Below are positions 12,770-23,518 of a stretch of 64,000 nucleotides of DNA, one piece after another. This DNA is from Dicyema japonicum (taxonomy: Eukaryota > Animalia > Dicyemida). Where the stretch lies: the NCBI GenBank assembly GCA_011109175.1, contig RDEW01000030.1:118094-182093 (forward strand). Reading direction: 5' to 3'. Numbering within the stretch: position 1 is the first letter of the stretch; the number at the start of each line of letters is the position of its first letter. The translations under genes and the position numbers were made by a program. Below the pieces are notes generated by a model, which had not been told where the DNA came from, did not search any database, and saw nothing but the letters and a program-made list of their open reading frames with translations.

Positions 12770-12831
12770 GGCGTCATGTGATCCACCTGTCTCAGGTGGC
12801 GCCCAGTGCCACTCTGGCACGAAAAAGGATC
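12770..12831 (+). ncRNA. HDV-like ribozyme-shaped element (solo; flank copy at 12663-12722 truncated by n)
   Basis: P1 GGCGUC/GGCGCC, P2 UGAUCC/GGAUCA, P3 ACC/GGU, L3 UGUCUCA pairing with CA (P1.1), P4 UGCCA/UGGCA, J4/2 CGAAAAA with a candidate catalytic C at 12820. Confidence 0.7.
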
Positions 12832-14209
12832 ATTTGCTTCCTCCACTCCACTGGAAGGGTAATGAAAAGTGTTAATTCTATAATTCGTGACTATTAATGA
12901 AAATACATAACATCAATCATATCTGCTCCATCTCAGAAATTTGTTCAAACGATAACAGAGAAAATTATATAAAAAATCATTTAAAATGTTAAAAAATTCA
13001 AAAAATTCGAGCAACGTCATTCACTAAACTGGCCAGGTATTGAAAGAAATAAATGTACTTATCCAAGCAAATTTCTTAAACGTTAATATTTTTACATTTC
13101 TCCCAAAAATATAGCCAAATATAAAATTTTTATGAAAAAATTCTTCTTCGATCATCTCCGACCGAATCCAACTCCCAATGAAAAATGACTTATATGTGTC
13201 CCAATGAAAATGACTATAGGTTCTGGATGCAGTATATGAAAGAGAAAGTCTCTGCTTATTCGACCATGGGAACTGGATACGTTTAATTAGTCGCTAACTG
13301 TTAACTTCTTTTTCCGGGGTTAATGAATAAATGCTATTGGAGTACCCATCGATCTGAAACTTATGGGATATTGACAAAGGTATAATTATCAATGATAAGC
13401 ACAATAGTTTAATGTTTCCTGATCTTGAAAATTCTTCGAGTCTTTCCACACATTCCGACACCTGTTGTGATGGTTTATGTTTATCTCCACCTTTTCCAGT
13501 GAACCGTACTTTTCTTTACCAGATACTAAGAAAATTAGTCAGAAGGACAAAGACACGTGCTCGATTCATACCAAACAGACATAATTTTATTTTAAGAAAA
13601 TTACAGTTATGATATTTAATGAAGGAATTTTCTGACAAAAAAGTGTCATGAGTAGAATCACATGAGCTATCATTATGCAACTTCTGACGAATGATCCTCC
13701 AAGTTCTTTCAATCTTGTCAGACGAGATTCGTACTTGGATTCTCTTACGCTCAACGCTTCCTTTGTTTGAAGCTTTGGGTTTTCAATGTCCCCCGTCTAT
13801 CACCTCGTCAGTATACACGAGAAGGAGTAAGACATGGGTTTTCGTTTAACATGAAGCTAAATAGACATTCTGTGCATAAAAGGGACGTCATCACCTTAAC
13901 TACGATATTGCTTATTAGTTTTTCTATGATCAACTCCAGTCATGTCCACTCCCCATTACAAATGGACTTAACTGAAGTTTATAGTTTATCAAATTTCATT
14001 AACCTGTTTTGAAAATAGTCACGTGTATGAGTGATGCTTCCCATGCTGTTGTATAATCTGTGGATGGAACGTTAACAAAAAAAAACCACTTGATCGTAAA
14101 TTATTAATATTTTTCTCATCTTTAATTTAAGATTATAATTAGGAATTATTAAATTATAATAAATATTAAATTAAAAATAAATAATTTAAATCTATAGTGT
14201 ACGTTTGTT

Positions 14210-14574
14210 ATGGTTGTTAGTACGACACATCGAGTAATTAATGAAATAACAAATAGGTTGGGGAGATATTTTCTATTGGTGGACATGCATTTGAACTCTT
14301 TTCAGATGTCATCAATCAATTGAGTTCTGTGTCCTTTAACGAGTAAAAGCTTACTTTTATTATAGAACATGGACGGAGGAAGACATTCAGTCGGTAAAGT
14401 CAGCTCTAAAGAGATTCTCAAGTGACATAAACGAAATAGCCCTGTCCATTAAAAATAGGACAATGTAACTTTAATGATAATTGTAGTAAACAAATCACTT
14501 CTCAGCTAAGGTCTCAAGCATTTAAGGAGGCTGGAATCAAAGATGTCCCCCCTCCACCTAATTCTAATAATTAA
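14210..14574 (+). CDS. BAP18: Chromatin complexes subunit BAP18 (SANT-like) homolog
   Basis: Introns 14234-14256, 14343-14365 and 14465-14486 give MVVSTTHRVGEIFSIGGHAFELFSDVINQL..TWTEEDIQSVKSALKRFSSDINEIALSIKNRTIKQI. This is colinear with BAP18 KVGEIFSAAG..KWTETEIEMLRAAVKRFGDDLNHISCVIKERTVAQI. Confidence 0.85.
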
Positions 14575-14589
14575 TCATTTGTTTGATAA

Positions 14590-15034
14590 TTTAAATAATT
14601 GATTTATTATTTCTATTCTAAGCTTACTAGCTTGTGCCTCGGCCAGCAAGAGAAGTAATCTAATTCTTGACTCCTTAGAAAAATCACCCGAACATCCACA
14701 CGAGGATTCCAGAAGAAATGATAGCCCATTATCATACGACCAATCAGTTTCTTCCTCAAAAGTTGGGCCACTAATTTCATGGAACGTCTCCTACGACCTC
14801 CGCATTGATCACATTTCAATCTGACCTATTTCAAGGTATTCAAAGATAGGAATTTAATGGGATTTGAGTCCCCAACATTTGATTCCATCTACACGGCAGT
14901 GGTCTATCTAAATCGCTTAATCTTAACAAAAAAAGCCGTTTGTTCCTCGGGCAGTGTAGAAATGCTATAACCCCACGGTCGATTCTGAAAATCGTTCCCT
15001 TATAAAGAAGAGGAACGCTCTGAATATGAACCAT
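14590..15034 (-). CDS. Probable small host gene of unknown function (splicing unresolved)
   Basis: ATG at 15034; protein-like open frames and several GT..AG segments of 22-26 nt; converges on the BAP18 3' end. No family recognised. Confidence 0.3.
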
Positions 15035-15228
15035 CTCTTTATTTTATCTCCTCTCATTTATTTATTAACCCTGGATACACCGAGAAAGAAGTTAAAGTAA
15101 CCAACTAATTAAGTGTATCCAGTTTCCACTTCTACAGAAACAGAATCCATACGGAATCAGCATAAAAGGTAAGACGTCCATTACATGCAATTGTGGAAAC
15201 CCCTCCAGTGGAGTGGGGGAGAGCAAAT

Positions 15229-15289
15229 GATCCTTTTTCGTGCCGGCCTGGCACTGGGCGTCACCTAGACAGGTGGATCACATGGCGCC
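15229..15289 (-). ncRNA. HDV-like ribozyme-shaped element (solo)
   Basis: Reverse strand: GGCGCC AUGU GAUCC ACC UGUCUA GGU GACGCC CAG UGCC AGGCC GGCA CGAAAAA GGAUC. The P4 loop differs from 12770 while the stem is kept. Confidence 0.65.
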
Positions 15290-15384
15290 AATCTAATAAA
15301 AAGAGACAGGAGGAACAGACAAGAAAGCAGAAAACTTCAACCAATTAACCACGCAACACCACATGGCGCCACGCGGATAATCTC

Positions 15385-16330
15385 ATGAATATAAGATGTT
15401 TAAACCAAAGAATCAAAAACCTTGAAAGAGCGAAAAAAAGTATTGGGACCAATCTCATCATCCATTGGACAAATGAAATCCACAAGACTTTTTTGGAATA
15501 CAATCTTTATTCAACAAACCATTTATTATTTATCGATGATCTGAAGATACTCGCCGAGAAAGAAAATACGATGGTTAGAATGATGGAAGAGATTGATGAT
15601 TATTTCGATGTTGTTGGTCTCAAGAGAAGTTATGAAAAGTCGGCAACCTGGAATCCATAAATGAAGTGAGATGTCTGGGTGGACACGGAAGCTATCGGTA
15701 CCTCGGTGTTTTAGACGACAATGGAAGTAATGTCATTAAGTCTTGAACACTATTGCTGAAATGTGAGAAAAAGGATATAAACTTGGTGCATACAAAGCTC
15801 AATGCTGTAAACCGTTTTAAAGCCATAAATTAGAGTCAGTTGTCTCCCTGTAATTACTATATTGGTTAATATTGAACCAAAGGAGTTTGAAAATATATAG
15901 ATTTGGATATTATATATGTCAAAGTATAAAAATCACCTGAAGCCCAAAAACAAGGAGAGATTATATATTAGTCGAACTAAATTGAAGAGAAGGTTTATTG
16001 TCCGAGTGAACTTATGTTGTACTGTTTCTGACTGATATGGAAAAAAATCGAATATTTCGCTAAGAAAGGATGGAATCTTGCGGGTCTTGAAAACAAAGAA
16101 AACGCATATGACCACGATCGCTAGATTCTTATCTTTCAAGTACAATATAGATCCACGTGCTACAGAAAGTTTTGTTGATTGATGCGCCAATATGAGCTTA
16201 TATTCAATCGGTGGTTTTAAAGAAACCATTAGAAAGTATGATTGTCGAGAAAACATGGAGTCAAGACACCAATTGATGAAATCCTTTACGCGTCGAGGCG
16301 ACTGGAAAAGCTAATAACTAGGGCAACCAG
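15385..16330 (+). mobile_element. R4/Dong-like (RLE-type) non-LTR retrotransposon, RT segment
   Basis: NHLLFIDDLKILAE...VGLKRSYEKSA, YRYLGV and KERLYISR motifs, with stops. Confidence 0.65.
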
Positions 16331-16519
16331 AAAATTGCAATCTTTTATTTTAAAAAGTTGCAAAAAAAAATTGTAAAAATTTGCACTATGGAAAAATAAA
16401 CGAAATTATTTATTGTAATACGAAATTAAATTTTCCTGAACATCAGGTTTAAAGTTTCAATTTTTAGTGAGAATTTTCGTCAAATATTATGGCTCTCGTG
16501 AAAGTGCTAATAATAATAA

Positions 16520-18207
16520 GATCTCATCCCAATCACGTTGCCTCGAAGGATCGTTCGGCGTATCCAAACCAGTTTCACACCATTCGCGACGAGCTTCGTC
16601 GAAGATTTTTTCCCAAAAAAGTCCGGTTGGAAAACGTAGGATATTTTGGACCAAAAGGCTTCCACTTGAGAGCGATGACACATTGCCTCGAAGGATCGTT
16701 CGGCGTATCCAAACCAGTTTCACACCATTCGCGACGAGCTTCGTCGAAGATTTTTTCCCAAAAAAGTCCGGTTGGAAAACGTAGGATATCTTGGACCAAA
16801 AGGCTTCCACTTGAGAGCGATGACACACATTCTGGTAAGATTATCTCCAACGCCGATTTGAGACCCGTACCTCCGAGGCGTGTAGGAAGCTTGCATTGAT
16901 TCCAATTTGGCACGTCAAAGTGGATGTTTAGAAGCAATTCGGCTGATTTTCTCAATGTTCTATCCAGTGACTGGAGGATGTCACGATGTTTGAAGCAGGG
17001 AGAACAACAGAGAGCATATAAGAGTTTGGGTAAGCTAATGCTATTCTTCAAAAGGCTGATTTTCTCAATGTTCTATCCAGTGACTGGAGGATGTCACGAT
17101 GTTTGAAGCAGGGAGAACAACAGAGAGCATATAAGAGTTTGGGTAAGCTAATGCTATTCTTCAAAAGGAAGAACGTTGTATAAACTTCGAGTAAGGAGAG
17201 TTTCTCCGTAACTCTAGAGAGTTCATCCTCCTTTATTAGTAAATGGCTCCGCAGTTCCTTTTCTTCAAGTGGACACCCACAAAAGTATGTCCGCTCCCTG
17301 GGTACGACAGTAATTCCAGGTATTACCGAGTTGAAAGACTCGACCACGTTGATAAAATCACTCTCCGAGTATGTGATATTTATTAGTCCGAGGTTTGTAG
17401 TGCCGGCAAGAAATATGACAGAACGTCATGAACTTTTCTCCACGAGCTTCCAATCAGGGAGTCATCAAAATACCAGAGGTATAGTTCTGTGTTGATTGAG
17501 CAAACTATTTCATAGATGGCCAGAGCGAAGATAAAGTTGGTCCCCTTGTTGGACTCCAGTCTGCGAACAAATAATCTTGTCCCCGAAAACCAATGAAGAG
17601 TTAGTTGCGTAAACGAGGTAGACGAGTGGAATAAGTTCAGGGGCTCTTTTGCTTGTAGTTTCGAAAATTTGATCCCTCCGCAGTGAATTGAAGGCGTTGC
17701 AGATATCCAGCTTGACCCCAATGTGTGGGTTTTGTTCGTCTTTCTGTCCAAATAAACACCTAGCAGCATACACTGCCGCCTCGCATTCGTTCCTTACACC
17801 GACCTCCAGTTGGAGGGGAAAATTCTTCAGATACATCATGCGATTTTCACTGTCAGTCTTCTGAAATAGTTGCCGACCGCGATAGAGCGGACTCCACCTT
17901 CGGGTTTTTTGAAGGCTAGTAGATGTGCACCGAAAAGGTCCTTGGGTAATGAACAATTCACAATACAATTATATTCAATTAACATAAATTTTTTTTTTTT
18001 TTTTTCATCNACACCGACCTCCAGTTGGAGGGGAAAATTTTTCAGATACATCATGCAATTTTCACTGTCAGTCTTCTGAAATAGTTGCCGACCGCGATCG
18101 AGCGGACCCCACCTTCGTGTTTTTTGAAGGCTAGTAGATGTGCATCGAAAAGGTCCTTGGGTAATGAACAATTCACAATACAATTGTGAATTATATTCAA
18201 TTAACAT
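16520..18207 (-). mobile_element. CRE-clade non-LTR retrotransposon RT region, degenerate
   Basis: KPEGGVRSIAVGNYFRRL, VGVRNECEAAVYAAR, VKLDICNAFNSLRRD, TGVQQGD, WYFDD, FLLKNSISLPKLLYAL and KLPTRLGGTGL. Internal duplications at 16538/16683, 16941/17054 and n18010. Confidence 0.8.
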
Positions 18208-18329
18208 AAATTAGTTAAAATTTACTTTAATTAATAATTTTTGCTAAAATCCATGCCTCGTGTATTACGGAAGCCTACCAAAAAAGTCCCACACTCGAAG
18301 AAGCTCACAACACACTCTGTGTAATCAAT

Positions 18330-18900
18330 AGTCGCCAATGACAATGTTGAAATTCGTGTGGACACCACAATTAATACCGAGACAAATATTGAGCATAACA
18401 AGCCTGATGTAACTGAAGAACATAATTACACTTATTGAGATTGGCATCAGTTCCCAGCAGGCACTAAAGCAATCGAAGTGAAAAAATTGGACAAATATGA
18501 CCTGCTTGCAGGCGAATTGGAACTGCTAAGGTTAACATTGTGCCAATAGTGCTTACCTGGGATGGAATTGTATCAAGGTTTTATAAACATCACCATGCTT
18601 CGCTTAATTTGGAGAATCCTATAAGAGCGTACATCCAATCTCAAGTGATCAAGAAGACCTTGGAGAGCATGCGAGTAGAACACAAATATGGACTTACTCT
18701 ATAAGAAGGATTGATGGATGTTACCATTAGAGAAGGACTAACGAGCCAAATATGCCACCTTGGAGAGGAACAAAATGGACAAACTGGGACAACGAAGACT
18801 TCAGATGTTATTCAGGATGAGTCTGTGTTATTGGTCGGGTTGGGCCATAAGAGAAGGAGAATGTGCTAGGGAGGATAGCAATCAAAGAGCCCCTACATTT
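18330..18900 (+). mobile_element. R4/Dong-like element C-terminal restriction-like endonuclease segment
   Basis: HNKPD, LIEIGI, KKLDKYDLLAGEL, IVLTWDGIV and AYIQSQVIKKTLES. Likely the continuation of 15385-16330 split by the CRE/RTE insertions. Confidence 0.6.
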
Positions 18901-19099
18901 GTTAATTTATTTTTGACGTTAATCTTATCTTATTATTTTTTAGTTTAAATAACTAGTGCACATTGCCTTTTTTGTTTCCGATGTGGTACACTTTCACCTA
19001 GAAAAAATTGAATACAATTCAATCTGGCAACTAAAATAACCAAAACTACTTCCCTGTCAACTTGTTCATCGACCGCTGGCAAGTCGGAATGGATTATGG

Positions 19100-21830
19100 T
19101 GGCTATTGAGCAGGCGTATAGCTTTCGCTCAAGGATCGGATTGGCTACTCCTAATCCTCGCTGGGGACATCAAACAGAAACCAGATCCCCACAAAAATGG
19201 GAAATTCCTCAATTTCATTCAATTTAACATAAATGGGCTTGAACACAAATCCACTGAGCATATTATCTTTCTCACCCCCAGAAAATCGATATTGCCCTCC
19301 TATAGGAAACGAAACTATCCAGAAAAACAATTCTTCCTTATTTCAAAGAATATTCAATTGTCCGCCGCGACCGACCTAATTCTAGCGTGTGCTCTCCCTT
19401 ATACACAAATCTATTCTTTTTTTGTGATACTTCTACTTCACCACCCAATATTTACATCCCATATGAAACTATATTGTAGTAATAATCCTCAAAATTGGCT
19501 AAATTACAAACGATTCAAAATGACATAATCTGCAGAGAACTAAACGCCAAAGACTTTGGCTAATCGGTCAAAAGGGTAATTAGATGGGGGTTCAGATCCT
19601 ATCTCTACTTGAACAACTAGTCATTCTCAATAACAAAAAATTCCACATTAAGCCCAAGAAGATCCTTCGGATCTATGATCTTTCAGATTGATTTTACTAA
19701 AATCTGTAGTATCAAAAATTGTTGAATGTGTTGTATCAAAATTAATGTCGAAGTATCTTTCCTTACCAGATTCTCAAGATGGATTTCGTCCGCAATAATC
19801 AACATCAACGCATCACTCCACCCTAAATCAGTAAACCGCTTCAATAATTGCAATCCTCCCAAACGGACTATCCTTGCATCGATTGACCTAACCAAGGAGT
19901 TTGATCGAACATCAAGTAACCAAATTCTTGCATATCGAATTCATCCACGTCTTCAGAATTATCCTCTCTGGAAGACTTGGTCGAACTGAANTAACATCGG
20001 AGTATCTTCCCTTCACAGATTCTCAACATGGATTTCGTCCGCAATATTCAACATCAACGCATTTCTCTACCCTAACTCAGTAAACCGCTTCAATAAATCT
20101 TTCCAAACGGACTATCCTTGCATCGATTTACCTGACCAAGGATTTTGATCGAACATCAAGTAACAAAATTCTTGCATATCGAATTCATCCACGTCTTCAG
20201 AATTATCCTCTCTGGAAGACTTGGTCGAACTGAAATTATGTCTTTTCTATCTCACTAACGATTCCTTCTAAACGGCGTCTCCCAAGGCTCCGTTTTGTCT
20301 CCTAACTTATTCTATTGCACCTAGCGATATTCTAACCAAGACACTTATATCATATGCGGATGACCAGATTATCGCTTCTACAGACAGTGACGTTAGCGAA
20401 GCAACAAAGGATGTCCAGAACCACTTGAACTCTCTTTAAGAGTAGCTTAAAACAAATCACCTTTTCTGTTGAAATCCACCATCACTCTAATCACATCTAA
20501 CCGCCGCCAACTAAATTCTCAGCCAATATTAACAATTCATGGGCAAACACTCCTCGTTACAAAATATCATAAAATACTTGGAGTCATTTTCCACCAACTA
20601 CTGACTTTTTTGAACCATGTGGGGAACAATGTAAAAAACCCTCTCCCAAAATCAACATACTAAAAGCTGTGTCAGGCCATTCTTTCATCCAAAGCAAAGA
20701 GGCCCCAACGATCATATAAAAAATTCAATTAACTATGCAAGTCCTTGTTGGTCAACCCCTGCCTCCCTCAATTCAATCGATAAACTACAAAAAGTCCAAA
20801 CCATCGTGATCAGAACAATTACTGGATGTCTCAGATCAACCCCCTGATCATCTTCACTGGGAATCAAAAATACTTCCCATTGGAAAACATTTGGAAATGA
20901 GAGCTCTGCAGTTCCTCTCCCATGACTACAGCTCAAATCATCCCTGTCATTCTCTATGCAAATCTTTAAAAAAAATTATTGTGATAACCAGTGACCTGTC
21001 TCGAATGCTATGATCTATCCCTTCCACCACCAATGACTGGCGTTGTCTGAAACAGATACACAGCTATGTTTCTATGAGAACCATCCTAAGACTCGGTGAT
21101 GATAAATTACTATACCGGCACCCTCCTCCAATAGACCAATCGGAATCCTCTTTCCGAAGGATATCTGAGTAAACCTGGCTTCTACGATGTGGGCACCATT
21201 CCCTCTACCGACGTACGTGTGTAAACTGGATTATGTAAAACGATGTCCTATATTCCTTTTGTAACCTCTNCTGCAGTGTGGAAAGCAGCCCTGCCATCGA
21301 TCCCCATATTTACTGTGAAGGACAGAAGGATCGAGTCGCGAACGACCCTCCTGAGCTTCTCAATTCCTCGGACTCCTCTAAAATACAGTCCAATATTGGG
21401 CTTATTTGTGAAGAGTCCTTGTACCACGTGGGCCGCTGTGTCGCAGACCACACGTGAGATGTCCTCATAATCCTCAAGATTTCGTAACGCACGTGTTGTG
21501 ATCTTTTTAAATCGCTTTGCACCTGACTTTCCTCCTTTTCCACCTTTCCCACGTCCAGACATGCTTCTACGATGTGGGCACCACCCCCTCTACCGACGTA
21601 CGTGTGTAAACTGGATTATGTAAAACGATGTCCTATATTCCTTTTGTAACCTCTCCAAGTTTACGGCAAACCACCTTTAGAATGTTCTAAGTTAGTACAA
21701 TGTCAAGACCGTTTTATCTATGGGAGCGACCGGCATTTGCTGCGTCTTACATAATAGCCGATGGTCTCCTGTAAAATAGTGAGGTCTGGGATACTTAACT
21801 AACTAAGCCTTTTGGTTGAGCTGGTGAAGT
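19100..21830 (+). mobile_element. Ingi-like LINE (decayed 2A, APE, RT, C-terminal LRCGH motif)
   Basis: WLLLILAGDIKQKPDP, FIQFNINGL, DSQHGFRPQYSTST, YADD, KILGVIF and LRCGHH. Many frameshifts; n joins at 19991 and 21270. Confidence 0.75.
21271..21562 (-). CDS. Histone H4-tail-bearing ORF with divergent body (3' truncated by n)
   Basis: [20 protein letters not shown] versus H4 [21 protein letters not shown]. The body has only patchy H4 helix-2 likeness (GLYFRGV..L..VVRDSI versus GLIYEETRGV..L..VIRDAV). Open for 97 codons; about 48% GC by rough hand count. Confidence 0.6.
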
Positions 21831-22034
21831 TGCTCTTAAACATTAAATCTGGAAACATGAAATTCATGGACTATAGACTTCTCCCTTTTGACGTTCAATG
21901 TCAGGAGGCTCATATAGTGTTGATAGTCATTATCAAATTGTCTAATATATATTTTGGTAACATAAATATAAATTATTCTTAACTATCTGATTTGTCGGAC
22001 TATCCTTGCATCGATTTACCTAACCAAGGAGTTT

Positions 22035-22365
22035 GCCGGGTGGCATAGTGGTTGGTGTCGGGCTTAAGTGGCTTAGGTTACGGGTTCGAATCTCGCTGCT
22101 GTTCACCTGGTGGAAGGTTCCACGCATCTACGATGCAGAAAGGGTTTGACGAGTGACGCCATCAACAGTGGATACTCACTGCGGAACTGGATTGTCTAGA
22201 AAGGACCCACACACAAGAAAAAGAAAAAAAGANGGGTTTGACGAGTGACGCCGTCAACAGTGGATACTCACTGCGGAACTGGATTCTCTAGAAAGGACCC
22301 ACACACAAGAAAAAGAAAAAAAGAAAGTGAAGATCATTCCTTGGTTCTACGATTAGTTAAAATTA
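22035..22365 (+). mobile_element. tRNA-derived SINE, near full length (flank duplicated at n22233)
   Basis: A box TGGCATAGTGG (22041-22051), B box GGTTCGAATCT (22083-22093), and a unique body ending in gtgaagatcattccttggttctacgattagttaaaatt. Confidence 0.85.
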
Positions 22366-22544
22366 TATTTTCTTTACTTAAATAAAGTGTGTGTCCTGCC
22401 TATGCGGAGCTATAAATATTATGGCTCTCGTGAAAAGGCCGTTATTATTTATTATTATTTGATTTGTCATATTGCTTATTGCTAATCTATTTCAATTTTT
22501 TTACTCTATCACTCATCACAACAGAACATGTTGTACTGTAACGA

Positions 22545-22740
22545 ATGCCGGGCAAAAGGTCCGATGGCCCGTAGTTCTAATTTCGCTGCTGTACATTTCG
22601 GCTGAGGGTTCACGCATCTACAATGCTTTGGTTTGACGCCGTCATCATCTCACTGCAAATCGGATCGTCTCACATTGAACAGAAAGACTCAAACCCCACC
22701 CAAAAAAAAGAAGTGAAGAGCATTCCGTATACGTCAATCA
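22545..22740 (+). mobile_element. Diverged copy of the tRNA-derived SINE
   Basis: tcgctgctgtacat..ttcacgcatctacaatgct..gaagtgaagagcattcc aligns with 22090-22340. Confidence 0.65.
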
Positions 22741-22749
22741 TGACAGGTG

Positions 22750-23160
22750 AGTATCGATCTTCCATATTCCCGATTAACTTTTTAGTACGTTCAGTTTCTT
22801 TTCACATTTCACAAGAATATTTTTTACGTGTCTTAATAGACAAAGACATCAAGTGTCAGCCCAAAATCCTTTGACATCTGTTGAAAGTGATATCGACCTT
22901 GTTTAACTTCAAGGTGACTGTCTTCCTTCCTAATCTTGTCCGAACTAAAATGGGACGTGGTCGACTTTTCTGCATTCACCATAAACAAATTCTCGATTAT
23001 CCAGTTGTTGAGCCGGTCAGGAATAATTGCATTCTTGCTGTGGCCTTCGGAATATTCCCATCTCACAAAAGCAAAACAATATCGTCCGCATAATTAGAGG
23101 AACATCATTATCGGATTACAAAGTCAGGAGATCGGCCAGAAAATGAGTTTGTTCATTCAA
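22750..23160 (-). mobile_element. LINE RT fragment
   Basis: YADDI-like gcggacgatattg and downstream ILGLTLD-like motif on the minus strand. Confidence 0.5.
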
Positions 23161-23272
23161 ATAAATAGTTTATATTAAAAATAAAAAATCAATAATCGGA
23201 AAATCAAAGGATTTATACTTTAATACTTTTCTTTCATAAATTTTCTTTAACCTTGCAATCGTTGATTTAGTT

Positions 23273-23390
23273 TGTCGCGAGCGCTGAGAGTGATCCGTCA
23301 ATGTCAATCATTGTCAAAAATAAAAATAATTTGATATATCAAAGTTTAATTATCAATTAACAAAAGTGATAATTAACTATTATTTCAGTG
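23273..23390 (+). mobile_element. Ginger-like left terminus fragment
   Basis: tgtcgcgagc...caatgtcaatcattgtcaaaaat matches the left end at 59073-59150. Confidence 0.55.
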
Positions 23391-23433
23391 GTTTTTAAAT
23401 TCATTTTTGAATAATTTGTCCAAATTTTCTCGT

Positions 23434-23494
23434 GGCGTGATGTGGTTCACCTTTTGTGGTGGCGCTCAGTGAAATAATACACCAAAAAAGAACC
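23434..23494 (+). ncRNA. HDV-like ribozyme-shaped element at the 5' end of an Ingi-like LINE
   Basis: P1 GGCGU/GGCGCU with G1-U wobble, P2 GGUUC/GAACC (compensatory to GAUCC/GGAUC), P3 ACC/GGU, J4/2 CCAAAAAA. Ends 25 nt before the ATG at 23519. Confidence 0.65.
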
Positions 23495-23518
23495 ATTTGC
23501 TCTTCCCCATCCAGACTT

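Noticed and set aside
22035-22105. tRNA genes at 22035, 38230 and 39546
   Set aside because: They have A and B boxes but no complete cloverleaf or acceptor stem, and each continues into a shared non-tRNA body. They are SINE heads.
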